A DNA stretch of 64,000 nt from Promethearchaeia archaeon (GTDB lineage Archaea; Asgardarchaeota; Lokiarchaeia; Sigyniarchaeales; SOKP01). Shown here piece by piece: positions 9,829 through 19,916 of the stretch (position 1 is the first letter of the stretch; each line of letters opens with the position of its first letter). The notes beneath the pieces are model-generated. The model saw only the letters and a list, made by a program, of their open reading frames with translations. It ran no database searches and had not been told where the DNA came from. The DNA is taken from NCBI GenBank assembly GCA_029856235.1, contig JAHQWP010000221.1:3507-67506 (forward strand), read 5' to 3'. Made by a program: the position numbers and the translations under genes.

Positions 9829-11058
9829 ATGTCAATAGAACCAATGAAATTATTCTTTAAAGAGATAAAAGAACCAATTGAAACTACTATGATAGGGAAT
9901 TATGCCGTCGCTGGAGCAGTTACTCAAACTGATCCCGATGTTATTTGTGCCTTTCCAATTACGCCACAAACTCAATCTGTCGAAGGTCTATCTGATGTAG
10001 TTCATCAAGGAAGGTTAAAAGCAGCTTTTGTAAATGTAGAATCAGAATTAGCAGCTATATCCTATTCAACTGCAGCAAGTGCAGTAGGAGCTAGAACATT
10101 CACGGCAACGGCATCTCAAGGGTATTTACTCATGACAGAGGCTTTACCTATGGCCGTTGGTTGGAGAGTTCCATTAACAATGATGATTTCAGCAAGAGCA
10201 TTTAATTCACCTAATTTATCAATATGGAACTCTTGGGAATTCACTCAAACAAATTCTGAATTAGGTTGGAATACTATCGTTTCTGAAAATGTTCAAGAGA
10301 CATATGATGCTGCTATCCTAGCAGTTATGATCTCGGATAATTCTTTATTCCCTACTATGTTTGTACATGATGGATTTATTATTTCGCATTCAGTTCAGAA
10401 ATTAACTTTAATACCTGATGAAATCGTTCGAAAATTAACTCCCAAGAAACCTAGGCATACAATTAATACAAAGAGACCTGGAACGTGGGGAGGTATAGTT
10501 ACCCCAAGCTTTTTTATGGAAGGGAGAAAAGGTTTGGATGAAGCGAAAGAACCTGTTTTAGGAATTATGGAAAAAGCGTTTGAAGAGTTTGGGAATGCAA
10601 CTGGAAGAAAATATAACTTGATTGAGACCTATAATTTAGACAATCCTTCAAAAACAGCTTTTCTCACAATGGGTTCCATGTGTGGAAATATAATTAGTTG
10701 GATGACCAAGAATAAGGATGTTGGATTAATCAAGATTAGAGCTTTTAGACCATTCCCTCACGAAAAACTGCAAAAAATTGTAGAGGAACACAATATTGAG
10801 AAATTGATTATTTTTGAAAAGTCTGATTCTTTGAATGGTATGCTTCCACCATTTTCGATGTCGATTGCTTCAGCTCTATATCCATTAGGCACCACATTCA
10901 GAAGTTTTATTGTTGGATTAGGCGGAAGAGATGTAACACGAGATGAATTTGATGTAGCAAAGAAGAAAATGGAATCTATCAATGACATGAAAGGTAAATT
11001 GTATATGTATCTCGGTGTAAGGGAATCAAAAGAAAAAATAATGGGGGTTGATATCTAA
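9829..11058 (+). CDS. porA: Pyruvate/2-oxoacid:ferredoxin oxidoreductase alpha subunit
   Basis: AFPITPQT, VESE, ARTFTATASQG, DGFIISH, RPFP, GLGGRD; GGAGG RBS before ATG 9829. Confidence 0.9.
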   Translation: MSIEPMKLFFKEIKEPIETTMIGNYAVAGAVTQTDPDVICAFPITPQTQSVEGLSDVVHQGRLKAAFVNVESELAAISYSTAASAVGARTFTATASQGYLLMTEALPMAVGWRVPLTMMISARAFNSPNLSIWNSWEFTQTNSELGWNTIVSENVQETYDAAILAVMISDNSLFPTMFVHDGFIISHSVQKLTLIPDEIVRKLTPKKPRHTINTKRPGTWGGIVTPSFFMEGRKGLDEAKEPVLGIMEKAFEEFGNATGRKYNLIETYNLDNPSKTAFLTMGSMCGNIISWMTKNKDVGLIKIRAFRPFPHEKLQKIVEEHNIEKLIIFEKSDSLNGMLPPFSMSIASALYPLGTTFRSFIVGLGGRDVTRDEFDVAKKKMESINDMKGKLYMYLGVRESKEKIMGVDI

Positions 11059-11059
11059 A

Positions 11060-12148
11060 ATGTCGCAACCAGAACGAAACACTATTAAGTTTGAAGATAT
11101 CCTTGCTCGAGATGAAAAATGCAATGTATTATTCTTTAATTATGACAACGAAGCTTTCATGAATACAGGTATTCAAGAGTCAGGTGGAACACCCCCATAT
11201 GCCTCAACGACTACTGGTCCTGGTGGAGAAAAGATACCTGGAAAGATTGGAGTAAAGCAGGATTTAGTTACTCCATTTGCGTTCTATGGTACAAAATCAC
11301 TTTTCTTAGCAACGGCTAATCCTGCATTTCCTAATGATTTTATGGGTAAAGTAGCTGATGCATTAAAAACTAATGGCTCAGCGTTCATTCAATCTTATTC
11401 CGATTGTATGAGAGGATGGCGTCATGGAGCAAGTGATGCTTTGAAAATCTCAAAATTAGCTACTGAATGCGGCTACTGGCCACTATACACTATAAGAGTA
11501 AAAGACGGAGTGCCAACTTTCTCATATTATCGAGGATTAGATATCGATAAAGAGAAATTTGTTGAATATCTTAAATCTATGGGTCGGTTTAGACATTTAT
11601 TTAAACCACAATTCCTAGAAAAAGAAATCGATGAGCTTATTTATTTTACTGAACAAAGAAATTTGAGATTAAAAGGTCTAATTGAGCAATTTGGAGCAGA
11701 AAAACCTGTCGATGTATATCGCGTTAACCGAAAAACTTTAGAACCTCAACAACACTTACATCCTGGTCATGGGTTATGTCCTGGTTGTGGAGCTGGGATG
11801 GTTTTAAACCAATTAGCAAGTGCTGCCACAGCTGTGACCGGAAATAATATCATTTATGTAAACAATACAAGCTGCTCTGAAGTTTCAACATCAAAAGATT
11901 TCGTGACTTCATGGAAAGTACCCTGGGTACATCATCTTTTCGAATCAGGAGCTACTATCGCAGATGCTATAAGTACTACCTATAAAATCCTCAAATCAAA
12001 GGATCAATTTAGCGGTGAAATCCCTTATGTAATCCACATCGGTGGAGATGGTTCTACCTACGATATCGGGTTTCAATTCCTTAAAGCAGCTCTCATAAGA
12101 ACAAGTTCGTTCGTTGAAATGAATGAATATTTAACTAATCAGAAATAA
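11060..12148 (+). CDS. porB: Pyruvate/2-oxoacid:ferredoxin oxidoreductase beta subunit, circularly permuted
   Basis: YDNEAFMNTGIQ...TP...TTT and GYWPLY come before PGHGLCPGCG...CSEV...VPWVH...GGDGSTYDIG, the reverse of the canonical order. Confidence 0.9.
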   Translation: MSQPERNTIKFEDILARDEKCNVLFFNYDNEAFMNTGIQESGGTPPYASTTTGPGGEKIPGKIGVKQDLVTPFAFYGTKSLFLATANPAFPNDFMGKVADALKTNGSAFIQSYSDCMRGWRHGASDALKISKLATECGYWPLYTIRVKDGVPTFSYYRGLDIDKEKFVEYLKSMGRFRHLFKPQFLEKEIDELIYFTEQRNLRLKGLIEQFGAEKPVDVYRVNRKTLEPQQHLHPGHGLCPGCGAGMVLNQLASAATAVTGNNIIYVNNTSCSEVSTSKDFVTSWKVPWVHHLFESGATIADAISTTYKILKSKDQFSGEIPYVIHIGGDGSTYDIGFQFLKAALIRTSSFVEMNEYLTNQK

Positions 12149-12180
12149 TTTAATATTTATTTTTCTTATTTTTTTCATTT
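12149..12180 (+). terminator. Oligo-T tract after the por operon
   Basis: Multiple T-runs immediately after the stop codon. Confidence 0.5.
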
Positions 12181-12217
12181 CTTTAAAATTTAAAGAATTT
12201 TTTAATTCATATTTGAG

Positions 12218-12355
12218 ATGATTAATGAAAGAATAAAATCGTTAAGGGAGCAATCTTTAAGTCTAATAAATTGGAACAAAGGTCAAGAGAAAAACTTATC
12301 CTTTTTTTCTTTTTCGAAGTATTTTTACGGAGTAAATCTAACGAAATTGAAATAA
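12218..12355 (+). pseudogene. 45-codon ORF whose start resembles the N-terminus of a glycyl-radical enzyme (PflD/HypD-like remnant)
   Basis: MINERIKSLREQSLS followed by unrelated T-rich sequence; TTTAAA elements about 25-35 nt upstream. Confidence 0.35.
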
Positions 12356-12408
12356 TATTTTTTTTTACTTTATTTCTTTACAGCCTTAAAATAAGAAAAA
12401 AAAGATAT

Positions 12409-13848
12409 TTAAAGATTTAATTCCTTGAGCCTTTCCTTGATTATTCTGGTTTTTTCTGCTTTTAGATCGTGGACAAGAATAAATACAACGAGGGCAACGA
12501 GGGTTAATATCATAGGAATCAACGCGGTATGCATCCGGATTCCGAATTTAGCCAGTTCTGACTGACTCGAAGCAAGAGGATCAAACTGTGTTAATGTATG
12601 AGTAATAGCAAATATTAATCCCTGGGCAATTAACGAAAATCGGATGAAAAATGTGTATACGCCCATAAAACTTCCTTCAATATGCTTTCCTGAATCAACC
12701 ACGGCTTCATCAATCGCATCAGCTAAAACGGGATGAGATCCCATTCTAAATGCACCCCCTCCTATTCCTAATATTAAAGCCGCAATTATGAAACCTAATG
12801 TATTTTGGACGAGCATAAACGGGAGTAACCCTACTGTGTTCAACAATACACCTAGTATGAACATTTTTCGATTATTTTTCATCTTTTGAGAAATTAAATA
12901 CCAAGGAACTAGTGAAACGACCACTGCGAGGATAAACGGTGCTAGTATCAGTATAGAATCGCCCGGTTCACCATCGAGAATATATAGAGCTACATATTGC
13001 ACTGAAGCGGTTAAACTTGCTCCAATAATTCCATCCATTAAAAATACTAATATAACTACCATGAAATTCTTATGGGTTACGACGATTTTTAATGCCTGGA
13101 AGAAAGAGACAGATTTTTTCGTTTCTTGCTCTTTCACATATCGCTCCTTTAGATACCTACTCTCTCGATGTCCTGGAATTGAAGCTGCGAAAACCACTAA
13201 ATTAATTATAACAAAAATCCAAGCCATACTAGTAAAAGAAGACGCGTCTTTCTCATCAATAAGTAATGGTGGTACAATAAATCCTATTGCCGTCCCGAGA
13301 ATGCCTAAAAACATTCGCCAGAATCCACTTTTTCTTCTATCGCTATCTAACCGGAATTTGTCTGGGTATAAAGCAACATGGTTCAAGTTTGTGATGGTAT
13401 AAAATAATTCGTAAAGACATGTTGATATCAGTATCCAAGCAAAGTATATCCATGCAGCATCCACTGGATCTAAATTAGGGGGACTAAAAATAGCTGCAAG
13501 AAATAACATTGTCGGTATACCTCCAATTACAAACCAAGGATACCTTTTACCAAGTCTACTCCAAAACTTTCTCGGGCGATCTGCGAGATATCCAAAAAAA
13601 GGATCGTTAACTATGTTCCAGATCGCGAATATCGTATATGCTAGAGTAATAATCCAGATGTCCAATTTCACTACGACTTCCCAGAATAAAAAGAATAATC
13701 CTCCGTAAATTCCAGTAAAAAGTTGCCACAATAAATCTGCCATCCCATAAGAAACCATTGAACCCGTCGTTTGTTTTGTAAGTGTGGATTCAACTTCTAA
13801 GTCATCATTTTTTGCATTCTTATTGTTTCCAGTGTCATTCATAAACAT
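12409..13848 (-). CDS. GPH/MelB-family (MFS_2) glycoside-cation symporter
   Basis: WNIVNDPFFGYLADR, GKRYPW, ADAIDE, EGSFMG. Confidence 0.88.
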   Translation of the reverse strand: MFMNDTGNNKNAKNDDLEVESTLTKQTTGSMVSYGMADLLWQLFTGIYGGLFFLFWEVVVKLDIWIITLAYTIFAIWNIVNDPFFGYLADRPRKFWSRLGKRYPWFVIGGIPTMLFLAAIFSPPNLDPVDAAWIYFAWILISTCLYELFYTITNLNHVALYPDKFRLDSDRRKSGFWRMFLGILGTAIGFIVPPLLIDEKDASSFTSMAWIFVIINLVVFAASIPGHRESRYLKERYVKEQETKKSVSFFQALKIVVTHKNFMVVILVFLMDGIIGASLTASVQYVALYILDGEPGDSILILAPFILAVVVSLVPWYLISQKMKNNRKMFILGVLLNTVGLLPFMLVQNTLGFIIAALILGIGGGAFRMGSHPVLADAIDEAVVDSGKHIEGSFMGVYTFFIRFSLIAQGLIFAITHTLTQFDPLASSQSELAKFGIRMHTALIPMILTLVALVVFILVHDLKAEKTRIIKERLKELNL

Positions 13849-13958
13849 AATTCTATTCAGTATTTTAAAAATGTTAGTATTTCAAGACAAGGTTCATTCA
13901 AGTATTTTTTTAACTTTCATTTATTATTATAATTATCAATAGAATATGGGGATCATCT

Positions 13959-15119
13959 ATGACTTTATCAAAACGTGAACGAGTTTTCAAAACTCTCGAG
14001 CTTGATGGCGAACCGGATATGGTTCCAATCCATTATTTTGGATTAGAACAAACTGGAAGTTCTTTCCAAGCTTTTATTAAATCTGGTGAAAGAGAGAAAT
14101 ATCAAAGATGGGTAATAAGTACATTTTCAAATAAAAAGTATTATCTCACTGAACCTCGCTTTTGGAATGTCGATCTATGGGGGATGGATCCATTTGGAGA
14201 AACTAAAATAAAAATACGATACAAAGATGCTCCACCTGAATATCCTAATTGTCGTCTTAATACTATGGATGGAAGATTATATCAAACAGTAAAGCAAGTC
14301 AATACTGGTTTAGAATACGCTTGGTATGTTGGAGGATTTTTTAAGACTCCAGAGATACTTCATGAATATTGGGATGGTCATGGAAAACCAACTGAATTAA
14401 TAAATGATCGAATTAAGTATAATCCTCAAGTATGGGAGGGCTTTGTAGAAGCAGTAGCCCCTTATTTTTATCCTATGGCTAACTTGCCCTTAAATCCCTC
14501 TGAAGTCTTAATTGGGGGCATAAATTTTAATCGGTTCGCCTATTATATTCGAAAAAATCCACAATTCATACATGAAGTAATGGATGAATACACAAAAGTT
14601 AATATAGAGATAATTAATCGACTAGCCGAAGCAGGGGTGGACATCGTTACTTTCGGTGATGATCTGGGTTATAAGGAGAACCAGTTCTTTTCTCTTAAGG
14701 TCTTCCGTGAATTTATTCTTCCATATCATAAGAGAATTTACCAAGCATGCAAAAAAAATAGTATGCTAGTCGTTCTTCACTCTTGTGGAAAAGTTGATCC
14801 ATTTTTGCCAGATTTAGTAGATATTGGGCTTAATTGTATTCAATCTCTAGAAGCAACCGCGGGTGTTAATTTAGCTTATTTGAAAGAAACTTTAGGGGAT
14901 CGATTATGTTTTATGGGGGGTTTAGACTCATCAGGAATTCTTACGTATGGCACTCCTGAGGATGTAGTAGAAAATGTAAAATATAGCATTAAAGTCGCAG
15001 GTCAGGGTGGGGGTTATTTTGTAGGACCCTCCCACGATATCATAAATATCCCCTGGGAAAATATCATGGCGATGCGAGCCGCGATCGAAAAATATCGAAA
15101 ATATCCGTTAAAGCTATAA
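13959..15119 (+). CDS. UroD/MtaA(MT2)-superfamily protein
   Basis: RERV, GDDLGYK, HSCG, FMGGLD, GTPEDV, GGYFVGPSH. Confidence 0.82.
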   Translation: MTLSKRERVFKTLELDGEPDMVPIHYFGLEQTGSSFQAFIKSGEREKYQRWVISTFSNKKYYLTEPRFWNVDLWGMDPFGETKIKIRYKDAPPEYPNCRLNTMDGRLYQTVKQVNTGLEYAWYVGGFFKTPEILHEYWDGHGKPTELINDRIKYNPQVWEGFVEAVAPYFYPMANLPLNPSEVLIGGINFNRFAYYIRKNPQFIHEVMDEYTKVNIEIINRLAEAGVDIVTFGDDLGYKENQFFSLKVFREFILPYHKRIYQACKKNSMLVVLHSCGKVDPFLPDLVDIGLNCIQSLEATAGVNLAYLKETLGDRLCFMGGLDSSGILTYGTPEDVVENVKYSIKVAGQGGGYFVGPSHDIINIPWENIMAMRAAIEKYRKYPLKL

Positions 15120-15144
15120 AAATAGTTTCAGTAATGTAGTTAAG

Positions 15145-16401
15145 TTAATAGTGCCATATTCTAGAAAAACTGCTAAAGATTTCTTTGAGTAAATCCTTTT
15201 TATATTTGTTGTCTATATCAATATTTTTTGAATGCAAGAAGTTATCTAACATCCCCTTGGAGATTTTATTTTCTCCTTGTTCTTTCAACCAGTTCCTGAC
15301 ACCAAGCACTATTCCGCCCTCAAGCCCACCAGCGAATTTTGGTAAATATTGGTTGGTGATGTATTCCGATCGATAAAACGTCCGTACATACAGTCCTTTT
15401 GGATCTAAATTTTTATAAAGGTGTGAAACATTTTCCGGAGCAGAATCAATAACTAAATTTTTACCTGCTTGTTGTATCTTCTTATATAGGGGAATCCAAT
15501 CCTTTGAACCCATCGGTGAATTTCCTGCTCCCGGAACCCATTGAATTCCTGTTATACTCGGTTTTTTTAAGAAGGAATCTAAATAAGGCAGAGCGTTGGG
15601 CCCATCTAAATGATAAATTGCGTAATCCATATGCTCAGCTTGCTCGACAACATCGGGTAAAACGAATTTATTAAACCATTTAGGATTCAACATAGCGCTA
15701 AAATCACATTGTAGAGCATACCATCTTTTTTTACTCCATACACCTAACCAGCAATTGCATCCATCACAATATTGCGAGATAATCCCTTGTAAATCATCGT
15801 AAACTTTTAGCAATTTCTCTAAAATTATTGTTCGGCATGTATCTATGATAGAAGGATTTCGTTTCATCGTAAGTATTAAATTGGTAGGTCCTAAAAACGA
15901 TGAGAGTACATCGAGAACGCCTCCGATATCTGTTACTGATATTAAATAATCCTTTTGAGCTCTTTTCGCAGCGAATTCCGTTATTCTGAGCAATCTTGAA
16001 TACCATTCGTTATTTTGATTTAGTTTAATACTTTCTAGATGCTCTATGATATTTTCTGGTTTTATAGGAAGACTGAACCAAACTGTGTTTGTTTTAAATA
16101 GGGGGGATACTCCAAATACTGCAGCCAGTATTCCCGGACCATAATTGGGAAAATAAAAAGGGATTGATTCTCCTCCAAAATAGGTTTCTTCAGCTCGTCT
16201 TTCATATCCATTCAGAGCATTATCAATTGCGTCATAATCTTCAGCTAAAGTCCAATCTTCACCTACGGTATCTAAAAAAGTACCAAGTTTACCTCTTTTT
16301 TTTGGATAGTAATAGCTTAGAACCGGGCGATCGATGATTTCGTGATCCCACCACGCACTCATTCGTTCTTTCGCGTCTTCAATATCCTCCTTATATTCCA
16401 T
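15145..16401 (-). CDS. UroD/MtaA-superfamily protein (HLDG subtype)
   Basis: AWW...DRP, NYGPG, LQCDFSAM, YHLDG, IQWVPGAG; ATG 16401 preferred as start. Confidence 0.72.
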   Translation of the reverse strand: MEYKEDIEDAKERMSAWWDHEIIDRPVLSYYYPKKRGKLGTFLDTVGEDWTLAEDYDAIDNALNGYERRAEETYFGGESIPFYFPNYGPGILAAVFGVSPLFKTNTVWFSLPIKPENIIEHLESIKLNQNNEWYSRLLRITEFAAKRAQKDYLISVTDIGGVLDVLSSFLGPTNLILTMKRNPSIIDTCRTIILEKLLKVYDDLQGIISQYCDGCNCWLGVWSKKRWYALQCDFSAMLNPKWFNKFVLPDVVEQAEHMDYAIYHLDGPNALPYLDSFLKKPSITGIQWVPGAGNSPMGSKDWIPLYKKIQQAGKNLVIDSAPENVSHLYKNLDPKGLYVRTFYRSEYITNQYLPKFAGGLEGGIVLGVRNWLKEQGENKISKGMLDNFLHSKNIDIDNKYKKDLLKEIFSSFSRIWHY

Positions 16402-16517
16402 AAAAAAAATATTAAAACAAGTTAAATTAATCTTTTCATTATTTAGATTTAGATCATTTGGAAGCGTTTCTATTTGCAAATGATGAGAAATAATTTTAGA
16501 ACTTTAAGGTAAGTAAA

Positions 16518-17087
16518 ATGGAAAAAAATAAAGTTTTGATCGTTTATGGTACCCGATATGGAGCAACGAAAAGCACAGTCGAAGAAATCGCAAGGGTTCT
16601 TCAGGAAGAGGATTTCGTTGTTAAAATCGTCAATGTAAAAGAAGAAAAGGTCCGAAGCATCGCAGAATATGAACTAGTAATTATTGGAAGCGGAATGAGA
16701 ATGGAGAGATGGGTGAGTAAGGTGGAAGGATTTTTGAAAAAGTACAATGAAGACCTCAAGAAAAAGAAAGTAGCAATCTTCGTGTCTTCGGGAGGACTAG
16801 CACTCATGGTATATAAAGGAGAACTTGAAGAAATTGAGAGGGTAACAAAAAAATATCTTGAGGATAAAGCTTCTAAGTATGCCTTAAATCCAATTTCAAT
16901 GACGATGTTTGGTGGAGTATGGGATTATAATCAAATGTCTAAAATTTTTATAAAATTCCTTGAGGCTGAAAGGGAAAATTTCATCGCCGCGGGATTTAAA
17001 GAGACAGAACCGGGAGTTTATGATACAAGAAACTGGGACGATATTCGAAATTGGACAAGAGAATTAGTTAAAAAAGTGCGGATGTAG
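16518..17087 (+). CDS. Flavodoxin-domain protein (HemG-like)
   Basis: IVYGTRYGATK, IIGSG, FGG, DTRNWDDIRNW. Confidence 0.8.
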   Translation: MEKNKVLIVYGTRYGATKSTVEEIARVLQEEDFVVKIVNVKEEKVRSIAEYELVIIGSGMRMERWVSKVEGFLKKYNEDLKKKKVAIFVSSGGLALMVYKGELEEIERVTKKYLEDKASKYALNPISMTMFGGVWDYNQMSKIFIKFLEAERENFIAAGFKETEPGVYDTRNWDDIRNWTRELVKKVRM

Positions 17088-17160
17088 GTAAAAATAATCT
17101 GTTTGATCCGAAATTTTTAAGATATTTCTGGTATTATATAAGATTATTCGAGGAATTATT

Positions 17161-19911
17161 ATGACAAGCGATTTAACTAAAATTTACGATCACCGCACAA
17201 TTGAAAAGGAATTATACGAGTGGTGGGAGAAAGAGGGTTTCTTTGCACCTGAAAAGTCAAAAGAATTGGGAATTACCGATGAAAATTCTGAAAGATTTTG
17301 CATTACAATTCCCCTACCAAATGTAACAGGACAACTCCATTCCGGTCATGCTTTAGTGATTTCACTCGAAGATTTGATGACCCGTTATGAGCGTATGCGA
17401 CAAAAAGAAACACTTTATATACCGGGTACCGATCATGCCGGGATTGCGACTCAAAGCGTCGTTGTTAGGGAATTACTAAAGCAGGGAATAAATCATAAGG
17501 AGTTAGGACGAGAAAAATTCGTAGAAAAAGTTTGGGAATGGAAACATAAATACCACGCCCGAATTACTGAGCAATCAAAAAGTATGGGTATAAGTTGCGA
17601 TTGGAGTCGAGAGTATTTCACATTAGACCCCAATTTATCAAAAGCCGTCCGGGAAGCCTTCTACAGATTATATCATAAAGGTTTAATATATCGAGGAGAA
17701 TATATGGTTAATTGGTGCCCTGGAAGGTGCGTTACAGCAATCTCAGACTTAGAGACTGAGGCTATTGATGAACAAGGGCAATTATGGTATATCAAATATC
17801 CAATCATTACTAAAGACTGGAAGGGTCCCCAGCATTCTTGGGCAAGCGGTAAATGGGCTGAAGGTGCTACAGATTTTATTATTGTTGCTACGACAAGACC
17901 TGAGACGCTTTTAGGTGATAGCGCTGTTGCTACGATTAAATCCCATCCCAAATATGCAAAATATATTGGTAAGCAAGCAATTATCCCTGCTGTTAGCCGA
18001 TCCGTTCCAATAATTGCCGATCCATATGTCGATCCGGAATTTGGTACTGGAGCCTTAAAAATTACGCCTGCTCACGATCCTAATGATTTTGAAATTGGAA
18101 AAAAGCATAATTTGGAATTCATAAACATTTTTAATGAGAACGCTCAGATCCTCCCTGGGTTTGTTGAGTCTTATACAGGTCTAGATCGATTTGAGTGTCG
18201 GAAAGCAATAATTAATGATCTTGAAAAGGAAGGTTTAATAACCGAAATTGAGCCATATGTTCACGCTGAACCGCACTGTCAACGATGTCATTCAACCATT
18301 GAACCTCGCGTGTCTATTCAGTGGTTTGTGAAAACAAAGCCACTTGCTGGACCTGCAATGGAGAAAGTTCGGAACGGTCAGACAACCATAATTCCTGAAA
18401 GAGAAAAACTGCGTTTTTTTCAATGGATGGAAAACATACACGATTGGTGCATATCGCGTCAACTTTGGTGGGGCCACCGGATTCCCGTTTGGTACTGTGA
18501 TGATTGTGGCGAAGAAATTTGCCCCGAACCTGATGTGGAAGCGGTTTCAACTTGTCCTAAATGTAAAAGTTCTAAGGTTCGTCAGGATGAAGATGTGTTA
18601 GATACTTGGTTCTCAAGTGGTTTATGGCCTTTTTCAACCTTAGGCTGGCCTAATACCAATCATCCAGATTATAAACGCTTCTATCCAACCGATACTAGGG
18701 AAACGGGTTACGATATTCTTTTCTTTTGGGTTGCAAGAGAAATGATGCTGGGAATCGAACTTACAGGACAGGCACCATACCATACCGTTTATTTACACGG
18801 TATGATTCGAGATGAAAAAGGACGAAAAATAAGTAAATCTATGGAAAATATTAATCAGTATGATCCTCTTGTAATTATTAAAGAATATGGTGCGGATTCC
18901 CTCCGGTATGTAAATATATCAAATAGTGTTCCAGGATTAGATACTAATTTAGATCCGAAAAATATTGAGGTTGCTCACAGATATTGCAATAAAAGTTGGC
19001 AAGCGTCTCGATATGTTTTAACCAACATTATGTCTGATGAGAAAGTTCCTAAAATGGATGAAATCGATTTGGACAAGCTAAAGTTTCCCGATAAATGGAT
19101 TCTATCAAGATTGAACTCAGTGATTAGAGATGTGCAATCCCACATGGATAATTATGATTACTTACGAATGACGAGAGAATTAAAATCGTTTTTTTGGAAT
19201 GAATTTTGCGATTGGTATATTGAAATGAGTAAAATTTTTCTATACGATGAAAGTTATTCTGATAAACATGTTCAAAAAGCGATCCTCCTCCATGTACTAG
19301 AAACGTTCTATAAATTATTACATCCTGTTATGCCATTCATCACTGAAAAATTATGGCAAACTCTTCCAGACAACCTTAAAACTACACCCACAATAATGTA
19401 TGCTCCTTGGCCGATAGCACAAGAATCATTCATTGATCAAACTATAGAAGATAGTTTTATTCTCATGGCTGATTTTGTGAGGGAAGTAAGAAGTGTGAAA
19501 CACGATTTTGGAATTCCGTTAAAAACACTTGTGCCATTACTCATAGAAACAGATACTAATCGAGAATTGTTTGAATTGTGTCGGAACGAGTTAGTTAAAA
19601 TGGCATTTATTGACGAAGACAAATTCATTATAGATAAAAAAGTCGAGCCCCCTCACCCATCAGCCAGCATAGTGCTTAGTGGAATACCCGCGTTTGTTCC
19701 CTTGCCCAGCACGATCGATATAGAAAAAGAAAAAGCAAGAATCAAAACTGGGTTAGAGAAATCTAAAAAGGAAGCTAATAAAATCGAGAAAAAACTCCAA
19801 AGTCAATTTTCTGAGCGAGCTCCAAAAGAATTAGTTGCTAAAGAACGGCAAAACCTTGAAGAATTAAAGATTAAAATTAAACAACTTGATGCTCAATTAA
19901 AGCTACTCTAA
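17161..19911 (+). CDS. valS: Valyl-tRNA synthetase
   Basis: PNVTGQLHSGHA (HIGH), GTDHAGIATQ, ATTRPET, DWCISRQLWWGHRIP, KISKS, C-terminal coiled coil. Confidence 0.97.
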   Translation: MTSDLTKIYDHRTIEKELYEWWEKEGFFAPEKSKELGITDENSERFCITIPLPNVTGQLHSGHALVISLEDLMTRYERMRQKETLYIPGTDHAGIATQSVVVRELLKQGINHKELGREKFVEKVWEWKHKYHARITEQSKSMGISCDWSREYFTLDPNLSKAVREAFYRLYHKGLIYRGEYMVNWCPGRCVTAISDLETEAIDEQGQLWYIKYPIITKDWKGPQHSWASGKWAEGATDFIIVATTRPETLLGDSAVATIKSHPKYAKYIGKQAIIPAVSRSVPIIADPYVDPEFGTGALKITPAHDPNDFEIGKKHNLEFINIFNENAQILPGFVESYTGLDRFECRKAIINDLEKEGLITEIEPYVHAEPHCQRCHSTIEPRVSIQWFVKTKPLAGPAMEKVRNGQTTIIPEREKLRFFQWMENIHDWCISRQLWWGHRIPVWYCDDCGEEICPEPDVEAVSTCPKCKSSKVRQDEDVLDTWFSSGLWPFSTLGWPNTNHPDYKRFYPTDTRETGYDILFFWVAREMMLGIELTGQAPYHTVYLHGMIRDEKGRKISKSMENINQYDPLVIIKEYGADSLRYVNISNSVPGLDTNLDPKNIEVAHRYCNKSWQASRYVLTNIMSDEKVPKMDEIDLDKLKFPDKWILSRLNSVIRDVQSHMDNYDYLRMTRELKSFFWNEFCDWYIEMSKIFLYDESYSDKHVQKAILLHVLETFYKLLHPVMPFITEKLWQTLPDNLKTTPTIMYAPWPIAQESFIDQTIEDSFILMADFVREVRSVKHDFGIPLKTLVPLLIETDTNRELFELCRNELVKMAFIDEDKFIIDKKVEPPHPSASIVLSGIPAFVPLPSTIDIEKEKARIKTGLEKSKKEANKIEKKLQSQFSERAPKELVAKERQNLEELKIKIKQLDAQLKLL

Positions 19912-19916
19912 AACCT

